From contig DAOPYQ010000007.1 of NCBI GenBank assembly GCA_035352955.1, positions 20,164-84,163 of the forward strand: a stretch of 64,000 nt of DNA, given 5' to 3'. Shown piece by piece: positions 35,578 through 49,365 of this stretch. Position numbers and translations under genes: made by a program. The stretch comes from Candidatus Omnitrophota bacterium (lineage in GTDB: Bacteria > Omnitrophota > Omnitrophia > Omnitrophales > Aquincolibacteriaceae). The notes under the pieces were generated by a model, which searched no databases, was not told the origin of the DNA, and saw nothing but the letters and a program-made list of their open reading frames with translations. Every line of letters begins with the position of its first letter. The stretch's first letter is position 1.

Positions 35578-36099
35578 TTAGTACTTCAATAACGAACAAA
35601 CGTCGTAATCCGCGAGTTTTTCACGGCCCTTGAGAGGCTCCAGTTCGATCACGAACGCCAGAAGCCCAACCTTGCCGCCGACCGCTTCCACGAGTTTCGT
35701 GGCCGCTTCGGCCGTTCCGCCGGTCGCAAGAAGATCGTCCACGATCATCACTTTTTGGCCCGGCTTGACCGCGTCCTCATGGATCTCAAGCACCTCTTCC
35801 CCATATTCCAGAACACAGGGGACCCGGTGCGTCCGCCATGGCAGCTTTCCTTTTTTGCGGATCGGCACAAAACCGACCCCCAGCTTTGCCGCAAGAGGCG
35901 CTCCGAAAATAAACCCCCTGGACTCGATCCCGGCCACCATCGCGATCTTGTGCTTTTTCGCCACCTTGGCCAGTTCCTCGATGATCTCACGGAAAGATTT
36001 CGGGTCCTTGAGCAGCGGGGTAATATCGCGGAAAAGGATCCCCTTCTTGGGGAAATCAGGGATGGTGCGGACTTTTGCTTTCAGGGACCTTACGCTCAC
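35578..36099 (-). CDS. apt: Adenine phosphoribosyltransferase
   Basis: PRPP-binding VMIVDDLLATGGTAEA and APRT N-terminal pattern. Confidence 0.88.
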   Translation of the reverse strand: MSVRSLKAKVRTIPDFPKKGILFRDITPLLKDPKSFREIIEELAKVAKKHKIAMVAGIESRGFIFGAPLAAKLGVGFVPIRKKGKLPWRTHRVPCVLEYGEEVLEIHEDAVKPGQKVMIVDDLLATGGTAEAATKLVEAVGGKVGLLAFVIELEPLKGREKLADYDVCSLLKY

Positions 36100-36147
36100 G
36101 GAAAACCTCCTGATATTGAAAAGCTCCGGAAGGATCCGGGGCTGCTG

Positions 36148-37329
36148 CTAGGCTGTCAGATAATTTTCGAAGTGATCGCCTTCCAGCGTCAGCTGGGCGC
36201 GGATCTTTTTCAGGACCACGAATTCGATCTGCCGGATCCGCTCGCGCGTCACACCGAAATGCTGGGCGACCTCTTCCAGCGTGTGCGGGTTGTGATCGTC
36301 CAGACCGAAACGCCGGGACAGGATCTCCTTCTCCCGGTCATCGAGGATCCCCAAAAGTTTCACGACACGCTCGCTCTTGAGGATCTCACCGACCTTGGAG
36401 TCCGGCTTCTGGTTCACATCGTCTTCGATCAGATCGATCAGCTCCGCCGTTCCGTCCAGGCTGATCGGCGTATTGAGCGAACTCGGGCGGTTCACGATAC
36501 TTTCGATCTCCTTGACCTTGGCCGCCGGGATCTCAAGGACCTTGGCGATCTCGCGCCGCGTGGGAGCCCGGCTCAGGCGTTGCGTCAGGGCATCGCGCAC
36601 CCGCCGCCATTTGGAGATAATGTCGTACATGTAGACCGGAATGCGGATCGTCTTGCCCTGGTTGGAAAGCGAACGCATCATGGCCTGTTTGATCCACCAG
36701 GATGCGTACGTCGAAAACCGGTACCCGCGTTTCGGATCGAATTTTTCTACCGCCCGCATCAGGCCGATGTTGCCTTCTTCAACGAGGTCGGAAAAAGCGA
36801 GGCCCATGTGGGTATAACGTTTGGCGATCGCGATCACAAGGCGGAGGTTCGAGCGGATCATCCGGTGACGGGCTTCTTCCCCCGCAGCGCCTCCCTGGGC
36901 GATCTGTTCGGAAATAGAGATCTCGAGCTCCGGGGTCAGCAAAGGGATATGCTCGATCTGGTCGAGATAGATCTTCATCGGGGTCCGGTCAAGGGTCTGG
37001 TCCATCGCGTCTTCCGCGTGGGCATCTTCCTCTTCGGTCTCGCGCTCCCGCTTGCGGCGCTCGGCATTTCCCTCAAGGCCGGACTCTTGTTTCAGAAGCT
37101 CCGCGGCTTCCTTTTGGAAAAGTTTCTCGCGCTTTAAAAGAAGTTCGGTTTCAACCTTCTTGGCGGCATCTTCCTTGGCCCGGGTGCCGGACGGAGAACG
37201 GGGACGCTTGGGGGAAACAGGAAGGGAGCGTTTGACACGCTCCCTTCCCGCTTTCTTCCCGGAATGCCGGGCCGCGCCCTTTCGGGCGGGCCGGACATTT
37301 TTCTGTTTTTTCTTTTTTTTACCTGCCAT
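36148..37329 (-). CDS. rpoD: RNA polymerase sigma-70 family factor (RpoD-like, regions 1.2-4.2) with a lysine-rich N-terminus
   Basis: Region 2 (STYASWWIKQAMMRSL), region 3 and region 4.2 (TLEEVAQHFGVTRERIRQIE); MAGKKKKKQKNVRPARKG... N-terminus. Confidence 0.85.
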   Translation of the reverse strand: MAGKKKKKQKNVRPARKGAARHSGKKAGRERVKRSLPVSPKRPRSPSGTRAKEDAAKKVETELLLKREKLFQKEAAELLKQESGLEGNAERRKRERETEEEDAHAEDAMDQTLDRTPMKIYLDQIEHIPLLTPELEISISEQIAQGGAAGEEARHRMIRSNLRLVIAIAKRYTHMGLAFSDLVEEGNIGLMRAVEKFDPKRGYRFSTYASWWIKQAMMRSLSNQGKTIRIPVYMYDIISKWRRVRDALTQRLSRAPTRREIAKVLEIPAAKVKEIESIVNRPSSLNTPISLDGTAELIDLIEDDVNQKPDSKVGEILKSERVVKLLGILDDREKEILSRRFGLDDHNPHTLEEVAQHFGVTRERIRQIEFVVLKKIRAQLTLEGDHFENYLTA

Positions 37330-37362
37330 AGGAATACTAACGATCCATTCCTTGTGCGGTTT

Positions 37363-40062
<2,700 letters not shown>

Positions 40063-40201
40063 TCCTTGTTAGCGCCCGGCATCCGTCTTTTTCAAGAGAC
40101 GGAACGATAGGCTTGTTGGTTATCTAAAATACAGTTTAAAACCACCCCTCCGATCGAACCTCAAGGGGTTTCGTGTAGGGCAAAGAAGAATGTGAATTGT
40201 A

Positions 40202-42310
40202 TCACTCTTCGTCGATTCTGGATAGCACGGAAAGGTCTGCGAGCCTTCCGGTGTAGAGCCGGTTGATCCGCGCCACAAGCGCCATCCGGTTCTCACGGAC
40301 TTCCGCGTCCTCCGCGTTCACCATCACATGGTCAAAGAAATCGTTCAGAGGCTCTGAAAAGATCTCCGCAAAAAGCCGGGTGGCCTTTTCATAGTCTCCC
40401 GCTTTAATCGGGGTCTCGACATCCCCGATCCTTGCCTGGACCAATTCAAACAATTTCTTCTCCTGGACTTCTGTCAACTTGTCCTGCCGCGGCTCTCCGG
40501 GCGTCTTCCCGTAACCTTTGAGCATATTGGCGGTGCGCTGGATCACTTTCGCCGCCCTCAGAAAATTCCCGGGGTCCTTCTCTGACATCCGGCAAAGCAC
40601 GGCGTAACGGTCATAAACATTGGCGAGATCATCGAAACCGGCACGGAAAACGGCCTGCAATATTTCATGCTGCCGGGTCCCGGGTTTCACGCCAAGCTCA
40701 AACGCCACACGTTCCTGGAGGAATTTCACAAGGCGTGAAGTGAGATCGTCTTTCTTGGTCAAACGCCCTCCGTAGAGCCGCACATCCGCCTCGATCACGC
40801 CGGAAAGAGAGAAAGAAATATCGAACGCCCGGATCATTTTCACAATGCTGCCGCCCGCCCGCCGCAGCGCAAACGGGTCCTGGCTCCCGGTCGGCTCAAT
40901 ACCGGTGCCGAACGCCCCGACAAGGAGGTCCAGCCGGTCCATGATGCCGAAAAGCGCTCCGAGAAAATTCATCGAATTTTTGACTTTCTGGTGATCTTCC
41001 CCAAGGCTCCGCGGCAGGTACTGGGCGCCGATCGCCAGGGCCACCGCCTCTTTTTCTTTCGCCTCGATCGCGTATTCGCGACCAACGATCCCCTGCAGGT
41101 CCGGCATTTCATAGACCAGATGCGTGATCAGATCGATCTTGGAAAGGCTCGCAACGCGCGCAAGATCCTGCGAAAGCGCCTGCTGCCCGCACGCCTCCGA
41201 AAACTCTCCCGCAAGTTTTTCAAGCCGCTCGGTCTTGTCCAACACGGACCCGAGCTTGCCGAGATAAACAAGCTGAGCGAGAACCGGTTTTTTCTTTTCG
41301 AACGGTTCCTTCGTGTCCATCCCGTAAAAATAGCGGGCGTCTTTAAGGCGCGAATCAAGAACATTCTCGTAATCCGCCTGGATCCGAGGAAGACCGTTAC
41401 GCTTGCCGTTCATCACCGCAACGAACCGGTTTTGCATCTGCCCTTTCGCGTCACAGCAGGCGAAGATCTTTTGGTTCTTTTTCATACAGCTCGCCAGCAC
41501 CTCGGCCGGGAGCTCAAGATACTCCTGCGAAAACGCGCCTTTGATGAAATACGGCTCTTCCACGAGCTGCGCGTTCATGTGAAGCAACTCTTCATCCGCC
41601 TGTTTCTGGCCGAACCGGGTCTTGAGCGCGCTCCGGACCAAGGCCTCGCGGGCTGCGATCTCCAGATGCACGTGCTTCTTCTTGAGGAGCGAAAGATAAA
41701 GTTTCCAGTCGGCCTTGGGGATCACAAAACCCTGCGGTGCAAGGAACCGGTGTCCAAAACTCTTGTTGCCCGACCTTACGTCCGCAAGCACCATCGGAAC
41801 TCTCTTTTGATCCAGCAAAACGACCAGCCAGCGGATGGGGCGCGGGAACCGGAACCCGGTGGATTCCCATCGCATGAACTTCGGGAAAGAGAGCGTCATA
41901 AGGATCTGCTTCAGGAATTCGGGAAGCAGCTGGATGACGGGCCGGCCTTTTTCATATTTTTTGAGGAAAATGAACTTCCCCTTCGGGCTTTCGCGGACCT
42001 CAATGTCTTTTTCGGTCGCCTGCTTGCTACGGAGGAACCCCTGGAGGACCTGCGTAGGTTTCCCGGCGCCGTCATAACATTTTTCACAGAAAGGCCCGGA
42101 TATTTCGAGCGTACGGTCCTGTTGCATGGCCGCGATCCCTTGGACAAAAAGTGCGATGCGCCGAGGCGTGGCTTCGACCTTCACTTCCGCAAACGCGATG
42201 CGCTCGTCGACGAGTTTCTGCCGCACTTTCACGGCCAGCTCGTCATAAATGACGTCCAGGCTCCCGACCGGCAGTTCTTCGACTCCGACTTCCACAAGAA
42301 GATTGGGCAT
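40202..42310 (-). CDS. glyS: Glycyl-tRNA synthetase beta subunit
   Basis: MPNLLVEVGVEELP N-terminus characteristic of GlyS; 702 aa. Confidence 0.9.
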   Translation of the reverse strand: MPNLLVEVGVEELPVGSLDVIYDELAVKVRQKLVDERIAFAEVKVEATPRRIALFVQGIAAMQQDRTLEISGPFCEKCYDGAGKPTQVLQGFLRSKQATEKDIEVRESPKGKFIFLKKYEKGRPVIQLLPEFLKQILMTLSFPKFMRWESTGFRFPRPIRWLVVLLDQKRVPMVLADVRSGNKSFGHRFLAPQGFVIPKADWKLYLSLLKKKHVHLEIAAREALVRSALKTRFGQKQADEELLHMNAQLVEEPYFIKGAFSQEYLELPAEVLASCMKKNQKIFACCDAKGQMQNRFVAVMNGKRNGLPRIQADYENVLDSRLKDARYFYGMDTKEPFEKKKPVLAQLVYLGKLGSVLDKTERLEKLAGEFSEACGQQALSQDLARVASLSKIDLITHLVYEMPDLQGIVGREYAIEAKEKEAVALAIGAQYLPRSLGEDHQKVKNSMNFLGALFGIMDRLDLLVGAFGTGIEPTGSQDPFALRRAGGSIVKMIRAFDISFSLSGVIEADVRLYGGRLTKKDDLTSRLVKFLQERVAFELGVKPGTRQHEILQAVFRAGFDDLANVYDRYAVLCRMSEKDPGNFLRAAKVIQRTANMLKGYGKTPGEPRQDKLTEVQEKKLFELVQARIGDVETPIKAGDYEKATRLFAEIFSEPLNDFFDHVMVNAEDAEVRENRMALVARINRLYTGRLADLSVLSRIDEE

Positions 42311-42312
42311 GG

Positions 42313-43200
42313 CTATTTCTTTTTCCTGATCAACGGAAAATCCTGCGCCTTGCGGCTTTCAAGATATCCTTCGGCGCACCGTTTGGCCAACGCGCGGACA
42401 CGGGCAATGAACCGTGGCCGTTCGTTGACGCTCACGGCGCCGCGCGCGTCCAGCAGGTTGAAAATGTGCGACGTTTTGAGACAGCAGTCGTAGGCCGGAA
42501 GAACCATCCCGTTCTCGAGAAGCCGCTCGGTTTGTTTTTCATAATCTTCGAAATGCCGGCGATAGATCTCGGGATCCGAACCTTCAAAATTGAACTTCGA
42601 AAATTCCCTCTCCCCCTGCAAGTGGACATCGCCGTAGGTCACTTTGTCGTTCCACTGAATATCGAAAAGAGATTCCTTTTGCTGAAGGAACATGGCGATG
42701 CGTTCGAGCCCGTAGGTGATCTCGCAAGAAATCACGTCGAGGTCAATGCCGCCGCATTGCTGAAAATAAGTGAACTGCGTAATCTCAAGACTGTCGAGCC
42801 ACACTTCCCATCCGAGGCCCCAGGCACCAAGCGTCGGAGATTCCCAGTCATCCTCCACAAAGCGGACGTCATGAGAAAGCAGGTCGATCCCGACCGCGCG
42901 AAGGCTGTTCAGATAAAGTTCCTGGGAATTGGCCGGGGAAGGTTTTAGGATGACCTGGTACTGATAATATTGCTGGGTGCGGTGGGGATTCTCACCATAA
43001 CGGCCGTCCGTGGGCCTGCGGGAAGGCTCGACATAGGCGGCTTTCCAAGGCTCAGGCCCGAGAGCCCTCAGAAACGTATGGGGAGAAAAAGTCCCGGCCC
43101 CGACTTCAAGGTCGTAAGGCTGCATGACGAGGCATCCCTGCTTCGCCCAATAATCGTTCAGTTTTTGTATTAACTCCTGGAATGTCAAAAACTTAGGCAT
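42313..43200 (-). CDS. glyQ: Glycyl-tRNA synthetase alpha subunit
   Basis: [34 protein letters not shown]. Start trimmed to MPKFLTF (ATG 43198-43200); 2 nt from glyS. Confidence 0.9.
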   Translation of the reverse strand: MPKFLTFQELIQKLNDYWAKQGCLVMQPYDLEVGAGTFSPHTFLRALGPEPWKAAYVEPSRRPTDGRYGENPHRTQQYYQYQVILKPSPANSQELYLNSLRAVGIDLLSHDVRFVEDDWESPTLGAWGLGWEVWLDSLEITQFTYFQQCGGIDLDVISCEITYGLERIAMFLQQKESLFDIQWNDKVTYGDVHLQGEREFSKFNFEGSDPEIYRRHFEDYEKQTERLLENGMVLPAYDCCLKTSHIFNLLDARGAVSVNERPRFIARVRALAKRCAEGYLESRKAQDFPLIRKKK

Positions 43201-43210
43201 GTTCCGCGCA

Positions 43211-43247
43211 AACCTTTTTATTTTAAAATGACCCCTCCGGGAGGGGC
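43211..43247 (-). terminator. Putative intrinsic terminator for the upstream hypothetical gene
   Basis: Palindrome cccctccgggagggg (43233-43247), followed on the minus strand by GTCATTTTAAAATAAAAAGG. Confidence 0.4.
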
Positions 43248-43280
43248 AAAAGAGGGGGCATTCTAGCAAAAAGGGGCCGC

Positions 43281-43718
43281 TTAATCAAGCAAAGCGGGGT
43301 TACGGGATAAAGGTCCCGCCGAGGACGTTCCTTGAGGATTTCTAATTTGAGATCTCAGATTTGACAACCGCAAACGCGGATAAGTCATAAAATAAATCTG
43401 ATCCTCCAGCTCTTCGAGGGTTCGAAGAGCTGACCGGTATTCCTGAGGCGAAGCATCGCAGCGGATCGCCACAAGCGAAAGCAGGTTTTGCAGCTTGGCT
43501 TGTACCGATTGGGACTTCTCCGTTTCCATTCCCGCCCGTTCAATGGCCGCGTACAGGATCGATTTGACCGAGTGAATCTTCGCGTCATCCGGCGTTCTAC
43601 TATCGCAACAGAAGAGCCTGCGGGTGCTGCGCGTTGCCTTGACCAAACAGCGCAGATAACTGTTCCCCCGTGCTGCGATCTTTATTGGTTCCGTCACTTC
43701 CATAAAAGATCCTTTCAA
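43281..43718 (-). CDS. Hypothetical protein
   Basis: 145-aa ORF with no recognisable motif. Confidence 0.35.
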   Translation of the reverse strand: MKGSFMEVTEPIKIAARGNSYLRCLVKATRSTRRLFCCDSRTPDDAKIHSVKSILYAAIERAGMETEKSQSVQAKLQNLLSLVAIRCDASPQEYRSALRTLEELEDQIYFMTYPRLRLSNLRSQIRNPQGTSSAGPLSRNPALLD

Positions 43719-43816
43719 TACGGTTCGCCTGGACCGCCCCGCAAGCTATCCGGCCGTCCCCACTTCTCAACCTCCAGCCGGACAACTGTCGCGGAACGGA
43801 ACCAGGCGGAACCGGG

Positions 43817-44155
43817 CTAGATCGAAACCTGATCCTTGATCTTCTGAAATTTCGCTCCGTTGATCCCGCGCACTTTGCTAAGGTCATCGACGCTTTTGAA
43901 AGCGCCGTTCTGCTCGCGGAATTTGATGATCCGGTCCGCCAATACGGGACCGACTCCCCGGATAGCATCCAGTTCTTCCGCGGTGGCCTTATTAATATTC
44001 ACCACCGCCATGGAAGCCCCTTCCTGCATCTGCAGGGTCGCCTTGGGCTGTGCCGCCAAAACCCTTCCCGACGCAATCATCGAAAGCCCGCCGAAAAGAA
44101 ATGTGGCAATGACCAATGCTCCTAAAACCTGTTTTGCTTCTGTTCTGTACCGCAT
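43817..44155 (-). CDS. ComEA-like helix-hairpin-helix DNA-binding protein
   Basis: Start at internal Met preceded by AGGAGG; N-terminal TM anchor; C-terminal HhH pair (KATAEELDAIRGVGPVLADRIIKFREQNGAFKSVDDLSKVRGIN). Confidence 0.75.
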   Translation of the reverse strand: MRYRTEAKQVLGALVIATFLFGGLSMIASGRVLAAQPKATLQMQEGASMAVVNINKATAEELDAIRGVGPVLADRIIKFREQNGAFKSVDDLSKVRGINGAKFQKIKDQVSI

Positions 44156-44300
44156 ATCAACACCTCCTGTTTGATTTAGGAGAACCTTAACATGAATATG
44201 ATTATTTGTCAATATTATATTTCATTTACGCTATACTTATTTTTATGCCTTTCCGTCATATTTCCCTTGACCCTATAGCCGAGAAAGTTAAAATGACCCC

Positions 44301-44855
44301 ATGCTAAAGAACTTGGGACAACGCATCCGAAGCATCAGGAAAGAGAAGGGCCTCACGCTGGTCGAAATCTCACAGAAAACCGGCATCGCTCAGGCCACCC
44401 TCTCCCGCATCGAAACCGGAACCATGCTCGGAACGGTCGAAAGCCATGAGAAGATAGCCGAAACGCTCGGCATCGGATTGGCGGAACTCTACTCCGGGAT
44501 CGACCGCCGCTATGAACAGATCAGCCACCAGACCAAGGACGCCCGCACGGCGACCCACCATACCAAAGACGTCCATGTGGAGGTGCTGACGCAGGAAAGT
44601 TCCAAGAAGAAGATTACGCCGCTCCTTTTGACACTCCTGGGCGGCGGCAAGACCGAGAAAGAAAGTAATGAGCGCGGGGTGGAGAAATTCGTGTGGGTGA
44701 TCGACGGACACGTGAAAGTAAAACTCGAGAGCCAGGAATACGACCTCAAAGCCCAGGAAACGCTCTACTTCGACGCTTCATTCCCGCATTACTTTGCCAA
44801 TGAAGGCCAGAAGACCGCCAAAATCTTCATCGCAATCTCCCCTTCCAAAATTTAA
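44301..44855 (+). CDS. XRE-family transcriptional regulator with a C-terminal cupin sensor domain
   Basis: HTH_3 (LGQRIRSIRKEKGLTLVEISQKTGIAQATLSRIETG) plus C-terminal cupin barrel. Confidence 0.75.
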   Translation: MLKNLGQRIRSIRKEKGLTLVEISQKTGIAQATLSRIETGTMLGTVESHEKIAETLGIGLAELYSGIDRRYEQISHQTKDARTATHHTKDVHVEVLTQESSKKKITPLLLTLLGGGKTEKESNERGVEKFVWVIDGHVKVKLESQEYDLKAQETLYFDASFPHYFANEGQKTAKIFIAISPSKI

Positions 44856-44978
44856 GCAACAAGTTCCGGACAAATCCCAGTTACCAACCCCCTAAAAGAA
44901 CAAGGCTTGCACTATTTCATTTTTCGAATCTTGGGTTTCGAAATCTTCCTGGTATTCCTATCCCGGTAATTGGATTTT

Positions 44979-45296
44979 TTAAAAGGTCACTTCTTCGTCG
45001 ATCCAATCCAGATAGGCCTTGCTACCTCTCGTGATAGGCAAAGCGACTAATTCCGAGACTTCGTAGGGATGATTTTTAAGGAGGGACATTTCAAGCTTCT
45101 TATAGGCCGAGGCTTTGGTCTTGATGATGAGAAGAACTTCTGGGGAGGTTTCTTTCTTGCCCTTCCAACGGTAATGAGATTCGAGACCGGGAAGAACCTG
45201 AACGCAAGCGGCGAGCCCCCTGGAAACTAAAAGGCCCGCGATTTCGCGGGCCTTTTTAATATTGGGAACCGTACTCAGAACGCAAAGATACTTCAC
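44979..45296 (-). CDS. cutA: Divalent-cation tolerance protein CutA
   Basis: AACVQVLPGLESHYRWKGK...HPYEVSELVALPI CutA1 signature. Confidence 0.75.
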   Translation of the reverse strand: MKYLCVLSTVPNIKKAREIAGLLVSRGLAACVQVLPGLESHYRWKGKKETSPEVLLIIKTKASAYKKLEMSLLKNHPYEVSELVALPITRGSKAYLDWIDEEVTF

Positions 45297-45304
45297 GTTC
45301 GGAC

Positions 45305-45508
45305 TTATTTTCGGTTAAGCGTCGCGGCGTATCCGCTTTCCGGAGTCCCCAGAGTCACGTGACCTTCGCGCGCGAGCCACCCCAAACTCATAAGCACCAG
45401 TTCGCGGGGACGCTTCAGCCCCTTGGTGAGCTCATCCACGGTAGCTTTCTGCTTTTCATCGAGGTAATGCCAAATCTCACCGGCAACAATTCCAATTTCC
45501 ATGATCAT
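45305..45508 (-). CDS. Small winged-helix-like protein
   Basis: 67-aa ORF, ATGA-type coupling context with cutA; call is weak. Confidence 0.35.
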   Translation of the reverse strand: MIMEIGIVAGEIWHYLDEKQKATVDELTKGLKRPRELVLMSLGWLAREGHVTLGTPESGYAATLNRK

Positions 45509-45630
45509 GGGGGACTCCTTTTACTGCTGAATTTTTATTACACGAGCGTTCATAATATAACAAAAAAAAATTCCGTTTAAAAGCAATTTATTTCCAGCCC
45601 CTCTCAAAGAACGACTTTAGGCAGGAGCCA

Positions 45631-48450
45631 TCATTTCCCGCAGAGAACCTTCTTCAGGAACGCTCCGGTATAGGAGCCCGGCACCCGGGAAACCTCCTCC
45701 GGCGTCCCGCAGGCGATCAGCTGCCCCCCCGACTTGCCACCCTCCGGTCCGAGGTCGATGACATAGTCGGCCGTTTTAATGACGTCAAGATTATGTTCGA
45801 TCACCATCACCGTATTCCCCTGATCCCGTAATTTAAAAAGAGCGGCCAGTAAATGCCGGATGTCCGCAAAATGAAGTCCGGTCGTCGGCTCATCCAAAAG
45901 ATATAAAGTTTTCCCCGTTCCTCTCTTAATCAGTTCGGCCGCGATCTTGATGCGCTGGGCCTCGCCGCCTGAAAGGGTCGTCGAAGGCTGCCCTAGTTTC
46001 ACATAGCCAAGCCCCACCGACTCCAAGACTTCCAGACGCTCACGGATCATCGAAAACTTCGCGAAAAAATCCATCGCCTCCCGGACCGGCAAATCAAGGA
46101 CCTCGGAAATATTCTTCCCCTGGTACCGCACGTCAAGGGTCGGCTCGTTGTACCGTTTGCCGCGGCACGTTTCGCAAACCACATAAAGGTCCGGCATAAA
46201 GCTCATCTCAAGCTTCTCGAATCCTGCCCCACGGCAGTTCTCGCACCGCCCACCTTTGAGATTGAAACTGAAACGCGACTGGGAGTAACGGCGAAGCTTG
46301 GAGAGCTCGAGATCGCTGTACAGTTTCCGGATAAACCCAAAAATATCGGTGTACGTCGCGGGATTCGACCGCGGCGTCCGGCCGATCGGCGCCTGATCGA
46401 TCTCGATAATCTTGTCGATCTTTTCGGCGCCGGTCAAAGCGTCGAAAGCGCCGGTTTTGTACTGAGTCTTCCAGACCCGGTTATGCATTTCCTTGTAGAG
46501 GGTATCGTGGACAAGCGTACTTTTCCCGGAGCCCGAAACGCCCGTCACGCAGATCAAAAGTCCGAGCGGGAACGCAACATCCACATTCTTCAGGTTGTGT
46601 TCACGGCACCCTTTTAGGACAAGCTTCGGCGCCTTGACAGAGGACTTGCGTGTAGCGGGGACCTCTATCGAAAGTTCTCCCGAAAGATATTTCAACGTAA
46701 GCGACTCCGGACAATCCCGGAGCTCCGCGAGTTTTCCTTCCGCGACGATCTTCCCGCCAGCACGCCCGGCACCCGGCCCAAGATCGATCACATGGTCCGC
46801 GCGGCGAATGGTTTCTTCGTCGTGCTCCACCACAAGAACGGTGTTCTTCAGATCGCGAAGTTTTTCAAGCGCGTTCAACAATTTTTCATTATCCCGGGGA
46901 TGGAGCCCGATGCTTGGCTCGTCCAGAACGTAAAGCACGCCGGTCAGACCGAGGCCGATCTGGGCGGCGAGCCGGATCCGTTGAAGTTCCCCTCCCGCGA
47001 GCGTTGCCACGGTACGGTCGAGTGTCAGGTACCCGAGCCCGATATTCAGAAGAAACGACAACCTTTCACGGACCTCACGGAGGATCGGATCCGAGATCAG
47101 TTTTTGAGCGTCCGCAAATTCCAGTTTTTGAAAGAATGGAACCGCTTCCTCGATCGAAACCGCCGTCACCTCGGCAATGTTCTTCCCGGCGATCAGAACG
47201 CCGAGACTTTCCTTCCGGAGACGCCTGCCCCGGCATTCGGGACAGGTTTCTTCGCGCAAAAACTTCCGGATCTTCGAGCGAATTTCCTCCGAATCGGTTT
47301 CGTGAAAAAGCCGCTCCCATTCTTCCACCAGCCCCGAAAGCTCCCCGTCCCCGAGAAAGAACGCCTCTTTCGCCTCCTCCGGCCAGTCACGATACGCCGC
47401 ATCCCACTCAAAATTATATTTCTGCGTCAGGTCGTGAAGCAGATCTTCGATAAAATATTTATTGAACGAAAAGAACACCTTCTTGTTCAGCGCCTGCATG
47501 AGCGGTTTTTCCGGCGAAGAGATCACGGTCCTCGAAAAGATCTGCGAAAGCTTGCCGAGCCCTTTGCACTTCGGACACGCCCCGTACGGGCTGTTGAACG
47601 AGAACATGTTCGGCGTCAGGTCCGGGAGGCTGATCTGACAGGCGGGACAGCTTTGGGTCGTGGAAAAGAAATGGATCTTCCCTTTGTCGTTCCCTTCCTT
47701 TTCCAGAATTGCTACATGCCCCTTCGAAAGATCCAGAGCGCAGGCGAGAGAATCCCGGAAACGCTTGCTCTCGCTTTTATTTTCTTCTGATAAATGAGCC
47801 TGGCCACTGCCGGTCTCTTCCAACATCAGTTCATCGATCACGATCTCGATATCGTGACGGATGGACTTGCGAAGTTTCATCTCCGGCTTCAGCAAACGCT
47901 CCGTCCCGTCGATCCGGGCGCGGTCGTAACCCCGCTTCAGGGAATCCTGGAACAATTTTTGGAACTCCCCTTTCCGGCCGCGGATAAGCGGCGCAAGCAC
48001 CTGGACCTCGCGTCCGCCGAATCGCGCGAGCACGTCTTTCAGGATCTCCTCACGTTTCTGACCCCGAAGCGGCAGCCCGCAAAACGCGCAATGGGCGATC
48101 CCGACCTTCGCAAAAAGCAGCCGGAGATAATCGTAAACCTCCGTCACCGTCGCAACGGTTGACCGAGGGTTGTGCGTGATGGAGCGCTGCTCAATAGCAA
48201 TGGCCGGAGAAAGTCCGGAGATATGGTCCACGTCCGGCTTTTTGAGCTTATCAAGGAACTGCTTGGCGTAGGAGGAAAGGCTTTCCAGATAACGGCGTTG
48301 GCCTTCGGCGTAGATGGTGTCGAAGGCCAGGGAGGATTTCCCGGAACCGGAAAGACCGGTGATCACGACGAATTTGTTGCGCGGAATCCGGACCGAAATG
48401 TTCCTGAGATTGTGTTCTCTGGCTCCGCGAACTTCGAGGAATTCCTGCAT
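45631..48450 (-). CDS. uvrA: Excinuclease ABC subunit A
   Basis: Two ABC ATPase modules ([23 protein letters not shown]) with zinc-finger insertions; 939 aa. Confidence 0.95.
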   Translation of the reverse strand: MQEFLEVRGAREHNLRNISVRIPRNKFVVITGLSGSGKSSLAFDTIYAEGQRRYLESLSSYAKQFLDKLKKPDVDHISGLSPAIAIEQRSITHNPRSTVATVTEVYDYLRLLFAKVGIAHCAFCGLPLRGQKREEILKDVLARFGGREVQVLAPLIRGRKGEFQKLFQDSLKRGYDRARIDGTERLLKPEMKLRKSIRHDIEIVIDELMLEETGSGQAHLSEENKSESKRFRDSLACALDLSKGHVAILEKEGNDKGKIHFFSTTQSCPACQISLPDLTPNMFSFNSPYGACPKCKGLGKLSQIFSRTVISSPEKPLMQALNKKVFFSFNKYFIEDLLHDLTQKYNFEWDAAYRDWPEEAKEAFFLGDGELSGLVEEWERLFHETDSEEIRSKIRKFLREETCPECRGRRLRKESLGVLIAGKNIAEVTAVSIEEAVPFFQKLEFADAQKLISDPILREVRERLSFLLNIGLGYLTLDRTVATLAGGELQRIRLAAQIGLGLTGVLYVLDEPSIGLHPRDNEKLLNALEKLRDLKNTVLVVEHDEETIRRADHVIDLGPGAGRAGGKIVAEGKLAELRDCPESLTLKYLSGELSIEVPATRKSSVKAPKLVLKGCREHNLKNVDVAFPLGLLICVTGVSGSGKSTLVHDTLYKEMHNRVWKTQYKTGAFDALTGAEKIDKIIEIDQAPIGRTPRSNPATYTDIFGFIRKLYSDLELSKLRRYSQSRFSFNLKGGRCENCRGAGFEKLEMSFMPDLYVVCETCRGKRYNEPTLDVRYQGKNISEVLDLPVREAMDFFAKFSMIRERLEVLESVGLGYVKLGQPSTTLSGGEAQRIKIAAELIKRGTGKTLYLLDEPTTGLHFADIRHLLAALFKLRDQGNTVMVIEHNLDVIKTADYVIDLGPEGGKSGGQLIACGTPEEVSRVPGSYTGAFLKKVLCGK

Positions 48451-48464
48451 ACCTTACGGTGTTT

Positions 48465-49292
48465 TCAGGTGCCGAGCCGCAGGGTCGTAAACGCCTTACG
48501 CAACGTCGCCGCGGCGGAGAGGATGGCCAGATAACTTGTTTTCGGATTATCAGGCGCCGGAAAGTTGTCCGTCGTGGTGCGGATTATTCCGAAATCGCCT
48601 TCGATGCAAACCTCGTGTCGGTTCGTCCCCGCAACCTTGCTCGCCCAGATCTCGACCTCAGTCTTCCTGGGTCCCAGTCCCGCAAGGCTCAGGATCGCGG
48701 CAACATTGATGTTCTGGGGAAACGCGCGGCTCGCGACAAAGGCCGACCCGCGGAAAACCAGTTTCTTTTCCTCTCCCGCACGAAACGATGGAAAAGCATG
48801 TGTCTTGAAATACGGTGCCCCCATAAGCGCCTGCGGCGGTTTCGTGGTCACAAGACGCACTCGCTTCAACCCGCCGACCTGCGCGGCGAGCAGCGCATCA
48901 ATCCCCGCAAGAGCACCGGACGGACAGTAAAGACGCCCCGAAGTGCGCGCGATCAGGTCATGCAATTTCTGGAACGGGAATTTCAAAAGCCCGCCAACGC
49001 TCATGATCAAGACATACTTGTTGTTCTTGAGTGCAAGCTCCGCCACCAAAGAAGAAATGCTCGGATGGGCCGCCTCAATCACAAAATCGGAACGACGGAT
49101 CACTTCGGAAGCAGAAACGACCGGCAATTTTTTGCCGATATACCTGAGGAATTTTTCCGCCTGCGCCGGATTTTTGTCAGCGACCGCAACAAGGGTGGCG
49201 CGGAAATTGAGTTTCCGGTCCTTGATGAGGACTTTGGCAAGGGCCGTCCCGATCGCCCCGCATCCGATGATCCCGACTTTAAACTTTCTCAT
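48465..49292 (-). CDS. L-aspartate dehydrogenase (NadX-type)
   Basis: [11 protein letters not shown]ossmann motif plus the AspDH C-terminal signature blocks [26 protein letters not shown] and NPKTS, matching Thermotoga-type AspDH. Start trimmed to MRKFKVG. Confidence 0.6.
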   Translation of the reverse strand: MRKFKVGIIGCGAIGTALAKVLIKDRKLNFRATLVAVADKNPAQAEKFLRYIGKKLPVVSASEVIRRSDFVIEAAHPSISSLVAELALKNNKYVLIMSVGGLLKFPFQKLHDLIARTSGRLYCPSGALAGIDALLAAQVGGLKRVRLVTTKPPQALMGAPYFKTHAFPSFRAGEEKKLVFRGSAFVASRAFPQNINVAAILSLAGLGPRKTEVEIWASKVAGTNRHEVCIEGDFGIIRTTTDNFPAPDNPKTSYLAILSAAATLRKAFTTLRLGT

Positions 49293-49365
49293 GAATTCAC
49301 CCGAAATAACACCCGGCATTCACCTTCGCGTTCGCTCAACTCAACGCCGGAGATTGATGCTGGTC

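Noticed and set aside
35755-37137. 460-aa plus-strand ORF
   Set aside because: Antisense to apt and rpoD.
40991-42493. 500-aa plus-strand ORF
   Set aside because: Antisense to glyS/glyQ.
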